Origin: Heterodontus francisci
Lineage: Eukaryota
NCBI RefSeq assembly: GCF_036365525.1
Contig: NC_090378.1
Location: 120,575,593 to 120,639,592, forward strand
Reading direction: 5' to 3'
Length of the DNA stretch: 64,000 bases
Positions 57,002-64,000 of this stretch are shown one piece after another (within the stretch, counting starts at the first letter, position 1; each line of letters begins with the position of its first letter). The translations under genes and the position numbers were made by a program. The notes beneath the pieces are model-generated. The model did no database searches. It worked only from the letters and a program-made list of their open reading frames with translations, and was not told where the DNA came from.

Positions 57002-57303
57002 GATAGACCAGCTTTTAGCTTGCTGACAGTAATAATCTGCGACATCCTCATTCTGTACATTACTGATTGTCAGAGTGAATTTGGTGTTCTGTTGACTGCC
57101 GGTGAATCGTTCGGATATTCCTGTGTATCGAGTTGTTGCATAATAGATCAGGAGAGTGGGTTTCTGACCGTCTCGCTGCTGATACCAAGCTACTTCATTG
57201 CTCACGGACTGGCTGGCCGTACAGGTGATCGTTGCGGTCTGTCCCAGTGTCACTGACAGTGCCGGTGGAGACTGGGTCATGATGATGGTGTCTCCACTGA
57301 TAC
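57002..57303 (-). CDS. IGKV: Ig light-chain V exon (kappa/type III), germline and unrearranged
   Basis: Acceptor tattacccctcag; (G)[100 protein letters not shown]; both Cys, WYQQ, LLIY and DYYC present; open frame. Confidence 0.96.
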
Positions 57304-57489
57304 CTGAGGGGTAATAGAGAAACAGAGTGAAGTAAGAACTGTCACAGAAAGACCCTGTAAAATGAGATATTATTAGAGACAGTGACCGCTCCTCATGTTT
57401 CAGCATTTTCTCTCCAATCACAAGTCAGTAGAATTGGACTGAAACAAACAGCAGGAAAATATTAACCGTGGAAGGAGAGAGATTTGTAC

Positions 57490-57538
57490 CTGCGACGCAG
57501 AATGCCAGAGGCCAGATCAGCTGGATGGGTGAAATCAT
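57490..57538 (-). CDS. IGKV: Leader (signal peptide) exon of the V gene, MISPIQLIWPLAFCVA(G)
   Basis: ATG in good Kozak context (ggcaccATG), 16 hydrophobic codons, phase-1 donor G|GTACAA, 186-nt intron to the V exon. Confidence 0.92.
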
Positions 57539-57596
57539 GGTGCCTGCTCCTGTCTCTGTGCCTGGTTACTGATAAACTCTCCCTTCACTGGGCTCT

Positions 57597-57652
57597 GCTT
57601 TATAAAGCTGCAGCCTGTGAGAGTCTGACTGCCTGTTTCTCAGTATGTAAAT
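57597..57652 (-). promoter_or_regulatory. V promoter: TATA box and variant octamer
   Basis: TATAAA within palindrome gctttataaagc (57597-57608), ~60 bp upstream of ATG; ATTTACAT (57645-57652) is one mismatch from the light-chain octamer ATTTGCAT, in the expected orientation. Confidence 0.7.
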
Positions 57653-57679
57653 GGTATCACCCAGAGAAAGGCACGTCAG

Positions 57680-58340
57680 CAACTCTCACTTCCTCTTCTC
57701 TCTTTCTGTTTCCCTCACTACCTCCCTCCTTCTATTTCTCACCCCCTCTCTCTCTGCCTCTTTATCTCCTATCTCAATCCCTTTCCCTCTTTTGCCCTCT
57801 CCCTCTCACTCACTGTCTCTCTCTCCCCCACCCTCCTGAAATCTTTCTCACTCCCCTTCCCTCATTCTCCTTGTCTCTCTCTCCATATCTCTTTCTCTCT
57901 TTTTCTGCTTCTCCCCATCCCTACCTCTCACTCTTTGTCTCTCTGCCTGCTCTCTGTCCGCTCTCTCTCCCTCATTCTCTGTCTGTATCTCTCTCTGTCT
58001 GTGTCTTTGTCTTTCTGCCTACTCATCTCTCTCTCCCTCACTCTTTGCCTGTCTCCCCATCTTGTTCTTCCAATCTCACTCTCCCTATTTTGCTCTCTCC
58101 TCCTCTCCCTGTCTCCCTGTCTCTGTCTCTCTCCCTCCCCATCTCTCTATCTCTCTGTCTTTGTTCCTCTGCCTACTCATCTCTCTCCCACCCTCCATTG
58201 TTCTGTAATTCTGTAACTGATCTCTAAAACAGGAGTTATTACTGGAGACTGGAACACTTTGAGGCCTGGTGCAACAGTTAAATGTCTCCCTCTCTATCTC
58301 TCTCTGTCTCACAGCCTCCACCTCACTCTCTCTTTCCCAC
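57680..58340. repeat. CT-rich low-complexity region
   Basis: Pyrimidine-rich degenerate (CT)n. Confidence 0.85.
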
Positions 58341-58826
58341 AGTCTCCCAGGTGGAGCACAGTTAAATGAAGGGTAAAACTCCCTCTGCTCTGCCCCACCA
58401 ATGGATGTTAACCCTTGACACCAGAAACATGCCTTCTCCTGGAGTAAGGCCCCATTCCCCACAGTGACCATGCTTTGGCCTCTCTCAGTAAGACTGGCAG
58501 ATTATTGTCAAATTTAGGGCAGTTCTGTGCTGTTGGTCTATTCTCAATGGGACTGGTTTGGACAGAAAGCTCATTTCATGAAGGCCCAGCAGAGAGAGGA
58601 GATCCTCACCCCATCAGTGTGAGCTGGAGGGACAGGACAGAGTCTGACCCACTGCCCCATCCTGTCAGCTCATAACATGTTCAAATCCCTTCCCGTCTCC
58701 ATCCCCTTCCATGGTCAGGCTCCAGGTCATTGGAGTTTTACTGGGATGAGGGGCGGACAATCAAACATTTACAACATGAAGGAGCTGTCCTCCACATCAA
58801 CCATAGTGTCCATGTTCCATTGGTCC

Positions 58827-59241
58827 TCCAATAGGGACCAGTAAACATGGGCCTCCTTCCCACTGGACCTCCAATAGGGACCAGTAAACATGGGCCTCCA
58901 TCCCACTGGGCATCCAATAGGGACCAGTAAACATGGGCCTCCTTCCCACTGGGCATCCAATAGGGACCAGTAAACATGGGCCTCCTTCCCACTGGGCATC
59001 CAATAGGGACCAGTAAACATGGGCCTCCTTCCCACTGGGCATCCAATAGGGACCAGTAAACATGGGCCTCCTTCCCACTGGGCATCCAATAGGGACCAGT
59101 AAACATGGGCCTCCATCCCACTGGGCATCCAATAGGGACCAGCAAACATGGGCCTCCTTCCTACTGGGCATCCAATAGGGACCAGCAAACATGGGCCTCC
59201 TTCCCACTGGGCATCCAATAGGGACCAGCAAACATGGGCCT
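58827..59241. repeat. 43-bp tandem minisatellite (~9.6 copies)
   Basis: tccaatagggaccagtaaacatgggcctccttcccactgggca repeated; ORFs in all three minus frames cycle through the same peptide. Confidence 0.95.
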
Positions 59242-59889
59242 CTGTTTTCCTCCATGGCCTCACTCCTCCCTACCTTTGCCTCCTGCTGCAGACTCACATT
59301 CCCTCTCTCACTCTTCCATATTCTGACACTGCTTTCCTGCCCATCGCTGCTTCCTTCATCCCACCATTGACAGCAGGGTCTTCAGATGCCTCGGCCCTGC
59401 TCTCTGAACTCCCGCCATTAATCCCTCTCCCTCTCCAGGTCTCTCTCTGCTCCATCAAACTCTATCCTTTCACCCAAGCCTTTGATCACTCTTCCTAAAG
59501 ACCCCTCACCACCTCCTCCGTTCCTCATACTGCAGCTCTGTGAAGCATCTTGTGACGTTTTGTATATTATAGGCGCTATATAAATTCAAGTTGGGTGTGG
59601 ATTTCGGGTGGGGACAGAATTGGATACAGTGGTGATGGTCCCTGTAGTCAAATATCCTGTTGACAGGGTCCAGGCTTATAGACACAGAATGGGGAAGTGG
59701 GTGAGGTAGGAATGTGCTGTCGGGGCCCATGGAACTGTCACCCCAGCATGAAGTGTCGCTCAGGAGGGGAGAGGGAATGTTCGGAGTCCTGAGCTCCATT
59801 TCCCACACCAGGCATTTTGTCTTCCAATGAATGAATGAGATGCCAATTTCGAGCCCAGGTTAGGGACAGTCTCGTACTGTGGGCCCAGG

Positions 59890-60030
59890 TCTCGATAAGG
59901 GAATTGGAGATATACCTGAAAAGGAAAGATTTTCTGGGTTATAGGGCTAGAGAGGGGCAGTGGGACTAATTGGGTAGCTCACAGGCACGATGGGCTGAAT
60001 GGCCTCCTTCTGTGCTGTAAAATTCTAGAT
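59890..60030 (+). mobile_element. CR1 3' UTR fragment
   Basis: ggcacgatgggctgaatggcctccttctgtgctgtaaaattcta resembles the CR1 3' ends at ~1920 and ~7800. Confidence 0.6.
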
Positions 60031-60299
60031 AGTGTGTGCGGTTCACAGTTTTCTCCCGTGTCATTAACAAACGTCCAGCTGCTCCAAGCTCCTTCTTTCA
60101 CTTCCTCTGTTGGTTAAGTTTCAATCTTCCGAACTGACAGTCTTTGCAGTTATTTTTTACATTGGGGATTTCTGCTGTGGTCTGAGTCTCTAATAATAAC
60201 CGTCCAATCAGTGAAAATAACAGCAGCTGAGAGCAGTCAGCACTGAGGACCCAGTCTCACTGGGAAACACATTGGGAAGATCAAAGCTGATTGTTTAGT

Positions 60300-60840
60300 G
60301 AATTCTCTGAATACTCTTGACTCCCCCACCAGAGGAAACAGTTTCTCTTGATCTCTCTGAATCATTTTAATCCTTTATTCATCTTAAATACCTCAATGAG
60401 ATCACCCCTAAATTCTCTGAACTCAAGGGAATACAAGCCTAGTCTATACAATCTGTCCTGATAATTTAACCCTTTCAGTCCCGGTATCATTCTGGTGAAT
60501 CTGTGCTGCACCCCCTCCAAGGCCAATCTCTCCTTCCTGAGGTGCGGGGCCCAGAACTGAACACAGTTACTCCAGATGCAGTTAAACCAGAGCTTTATTC
60601 AACTGGAGTAAAACCCCTTTGTATTCCAGTCCCCTTGATAGAAAGACCAACATTCCATTAGCCTTATTCAATATGTTTTGTACCTGTCACTAGATTTTAG
60701 TACTTTCTGTACTTGGACCCTTAAATCTCTCTGTTCCTCCACAGTTCTCAGCTTCTCACCATTTAGAAATTACTCTGATTTATCTTTCTCAGGTCCAAAC
60801 TGGATGACCTCACACTGTCCACATTGAACTCCATCTGCCA
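60300..60840 (-). mobile_element. CR1 ORF2 3' fragment
   Basis: Reverse complement resembles the CR1 at 7030-7530 (ggggtgatctcattgagg, cagttctgggccccgca, gcagatggagttcaatg). Confidence 0.65.
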
Positions 60841-60959
60841 TTGTCTTCGGTCCCCATCACAAACTCCATTCCCGAGCCACTGATTCCATCCCTCTCCCAG
60901 GGACTGTCTGAGACTGAACCAGGCAGTTCACAGCCATGGCATTGTAGTTGATGCTGAGA

Positions 60960-61315
60960 TGTGTTACTGACCACATAAACCACATCATCACTAAAACCAC
61001 CTATTTCCACATTGCTAACATTACCAGTTTCTACCACACCTCAGCTCATCCACTGCTGAAACCCTCATCCATGCATTTATTACCTCTAGACTTGAGTATT
61101 CCAATGCTCTCCTGACAGGTCTCACACATTCTACCCACTGTAAACTTGATCTCATCTAAAACTCTGCTGCCTGCGTTCGAACTCGCAGAAAGTCCTGTCC
61201 TGTTCCCCCATCACCTCGATGCTCATTGGACAACATTGTCTCCTGGTTCGGCAATGGCTCAGTTTTAAAATTCTCATCCTTGTTATCAAATCCCTCCCTA
61301 TCTCTGGAACCTCCT
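60960..61315 (+). mobile_element. L2-type LINE ORF2 fragment
   Basis: gctgaaaccctcatccatgcatttattacctctagacttgagtattccaatgctctcctg translates as AETLIHAFITSRLEYSNALL, typical of the L2 C-terminal region; FKIL downstream. Confidence 0.65.
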
Positions 61316-61800
61316 CCAAGCTGCTGAACTTAGTGTCATCAGCAATCTTGGATAGATGTCTCTATTCCTTCATCCAAGTCATTGATCAATATCGTGAAAA
61401 GTTGAGGCTCCAGCACAGATCCCTGGGGACACCACTATTCACAGCTTGCTAACTGGAGTAAATACACATTATCCCTACTCTCTGTCTCCTACCTCCTAAC
61501 CAATTCCTTACCCATGTCAAAACATTTCCTCACATTCCATATGCTTCCATTTTGCGAACAGTCTCTTGTGTGGAACCTTCTCAAATGCCTTCTGGAAATC
61601 CATATAAATAACATCCATAGACATTCCCTTATCGACCACATTAGTGACCGCTTCAAAAAATACAACTCGGTTAGTTAAACATGTTTCACCCTTTTTAAAT
61701 CCGTGCTGACTCTCTCTGATCAGTTTATATTTGTCAGTCATTCTGTCCCTAATAACAGATTCAAATAACTTCCCCAAAACAGATGTTAAACTGAGATGTT
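61316..61800 (-). mobile_element. CR1 RT fragment
   Basis: ORF 61517..61777: LIRESQHGFKKGETCLTN...DVIYMDFQKAFEKVPHKRL. Confidence 0.85.
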
Positions 61801-62494
61801 AGTCGTGAATTACTCAAGCAAACAGCCGTCAGAGAGACGAGGGCTGAACGGCCTCCTCCTGTGCTGCAGAATTATACTGCTTTTTGGCTGAAACATGTGG
61901 ATTGGAACAGGAGGTGTGCTGGAGTTTAAACAATGAGTTAAATATGGAGGTAGTGTCATTAGTGGGTAATGCACAGTCTACATTGTGTCCAGGACCCTCT
62001 CTAAAAGATGTCTTTCTCTTTTTCCTTTTTCAGGTCCAGGGCTGTAATTAAGGAGCTGAAAGAATATTTAGTGAAGAAGTTTCCGGACTGTGCGGTGTGT
62101 GTGAAGGTGTTCGGCAGTGACTGATGATTACAGCTCCTTGTTCAGTCTGCTCCGCCCTCACCACTGATCAAGCCATGTAACCTCCTGTCACACTGAGTGA
62201 AATTACAATCGATATCATAGTGTCAGTCACAGAAAACAACAGCATCACAGTCTGAGTCACTGGGACAGACATCACTGCCTCACATCAAAGAACAGACCCC
62301 TTATCCCCTCTCACCATGTTCATAAACCATACAGTAGAGAAAATATACTGACAAACACCACCTTATATTAAACACTCACATCCATAGAACACCTTCAGAG
62401 GTAGAGGATGGGACAGAGATTGAGAGAGATAGATAGAAAGAGAGAGTGAGATGGAGAGAGAGAGAGATAGACTCTGTGTCAGCTCCTGTACATG

Positions 62495-64000
62495 TTTTTT
62501 CTTATTCATTCATGGGATGTGGGCATCACTGGCTAGGCCAGCATTTATTGTCCATCCCTAATTGCCCTTGAGAAGGTGATGGTGAGCTGCCTTCTTGAAC
62601 CGCTGCAGTCCATTTGGGGTAGGTATACCCACAGTGCTGTTAAGAAGGGAGTTCCAGGATTTTGACCCAACGACAGTGAAGAAATGGGAATATAGTTCCA
62701 AGTCAGGATGGTGTGTGACTTGGAGGGGAACTTGCAGGTGGTCGTGTTCCCATGCATCTGCTGCCCTTGTCCATCTAGGTGGTAGATGTCACAGGTTTGG
62801 AAGGTGTTGCCTAAGGAGGCTTGGTGTCTTACTGCAGTGCATCTTGTAGATGGTACACACTGCTGCCATTGTAGGTCTCTTGTGGAGGGAGTGAATGTTT
62901 GTGGATGGGGTGCCAATCAAGCAGGCTGCTTTGTCCTGGATGGTATCGAGCTTCTTGAGTGTTGTTGGAGCTGTACCCATCCAGGCAAGTGGAGAGTATT
63001 CCATCACACTCCTGACTTGTGCCTTGTAGATGGTGGACAGGCTTTGGGGAGTCAGGAGGTGAGTTACCCGCCACAGGATTCCTAGCCTCTGACCTGCTCT
63101 TGTAGCCACGGTATTTATATGGCTACTTCAGTTCAGTTTCTGGTCAATGGTAACCCCCAGGATATTGATTGTGGAGCATTCCGCGATTGTAATGCCATTG
63201 AATGTCAAGGGAAAATATTTAGATTCTTACTTGTTGGAGATGGTCAGTGCCTGGCACTTGTGTGGCGCGAATGTTACTTGCCACTTATTAGCCCAAGCCT
63301 GGATATTGTCCAGGTCTTGCTGCATTTCTACACGGACTGCTTCAGTATCTGAGGAGTCACAAATGGTGCTGAACATTGTGCAATCATCAGCGAACATCCC
63401 CACTTCTGACCTTATAATTGAAGGAAGCTCATTGATGAAGCAGCTGAAGATGGTTGGGCCCAGGACACTACCCTACAGAACTCCTGCAGTGTTGTCCTGG
63501 AGCTCAGATGATTGATCTCCAACAACCACAACCATCTTCCTTTGTGCTAGGTATGACTCCAGCCAGTGGAGGGTTTCCCCCTGATTCCCATTGACCTCAG
63601 TTTTGCTCGGGCTCTTTGATGCCATACTCTGTCAAATGCTGCCTTGATGTCAAGGGCGGTCACTCTCACCTCACCTCTTGAGTTCAGCTCTTTTGTCCAT
63701 GTTTGAACCAAGGCTGTAATGAGGTCAGGAGCTGAGTGGCCCTAGCGGAACCCAAACTGAGCGTCACTGAGCCGGTTATTGCTAAGCAGGTGCCGCTTGA
63801 TGGCACTGTTGATGACACCTTCCATCACTTTACCGATGATTGCGAGTCGGCTGATGGGGCGGTAATTGGCCGGGTTGGATTTGTCCAGCTTTTTGTGTAT
63901 AGGATATACCTGGGCAATTTTCCACATTGCAGGGTAGATGCCAGTGTTGTACCTGAACTGGAACAGCTTGGCTATGGGCGCAACAAGTTCTGGAGCACAG
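62495..64000 (-). mobile_element. Non-LTR retrotransposon (CR1/L2 group), RT and 3' end, running off the window
   Basis: WKIAQVYPIHKK...NYRPIS...QFGFR, VLGPTIFSCFIN, MFADD region, IYKAQVRSVMEY; in-frame stops; same family as 3507-4355. Confidence 0.88.

Noticed and set aside
56921-57421. ORF-track 166-aa protein as the true V product
   Set aside because: Its N-terminus is intron sequence; the real start is the leader exon at 57538.
2716-57538. Assignment as lambda, sigma, TCR or a germline-joined gene
   Set aside because: V-12/J-23 spacers, the short CDR2 and the C sequence indicate kappa type, and V and J are separate with intact RSSs.
58738-59297. Three overlapping ORFs
   Set aside because: Artefacts of the 43-bp repeat.
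62010-62060. Strong plus-strand splice acceptor (polypyrimidine + CAG)
   Set aside because: Followed quickly by stops and has no partner exon; cannot support a gene.

Overview
Eukaryotic genomic DNA, almost certainly from a cartilaginous fish (shark-type repeats and Ig sequences). The window holds one unrearranged kappa-type (shark type III/NS4-like) immunoglobulin light-chain cluster on the minus strand: promoter (variant octamer plus TATA, ~57600-57650), leader exon (57490-57538), V exon (57002-57303) with a perfect 12-RSS, one J (10726-10760) with a non-canonical 23-RSS, and a C exon (2716-3044) with a likely polyA signal. All four coding parts are open and their splice phases are compatible. 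The striking feature is a ~43-kb array of about 700 61-bp tandem repeats that fills the V-J interval and ends 5 bp from the V nonamer. Each unit reads as a degenerate 23-RSS (heptamer 6/7, exact 23-bp spacer, nonamer 6/9) oriented like the V RSS, followed by a J-like G-G-G-T-V reading frame. Whether this is functional is untested. The rest is decayed CR1/L2-group LINEs, a Charlie-type hAT MITE, SINEs, a probable solo LTR, minisatellites, CT microsatellites and a 169-N gap between J and V. Most ORF-track entries are repeat artefacts.
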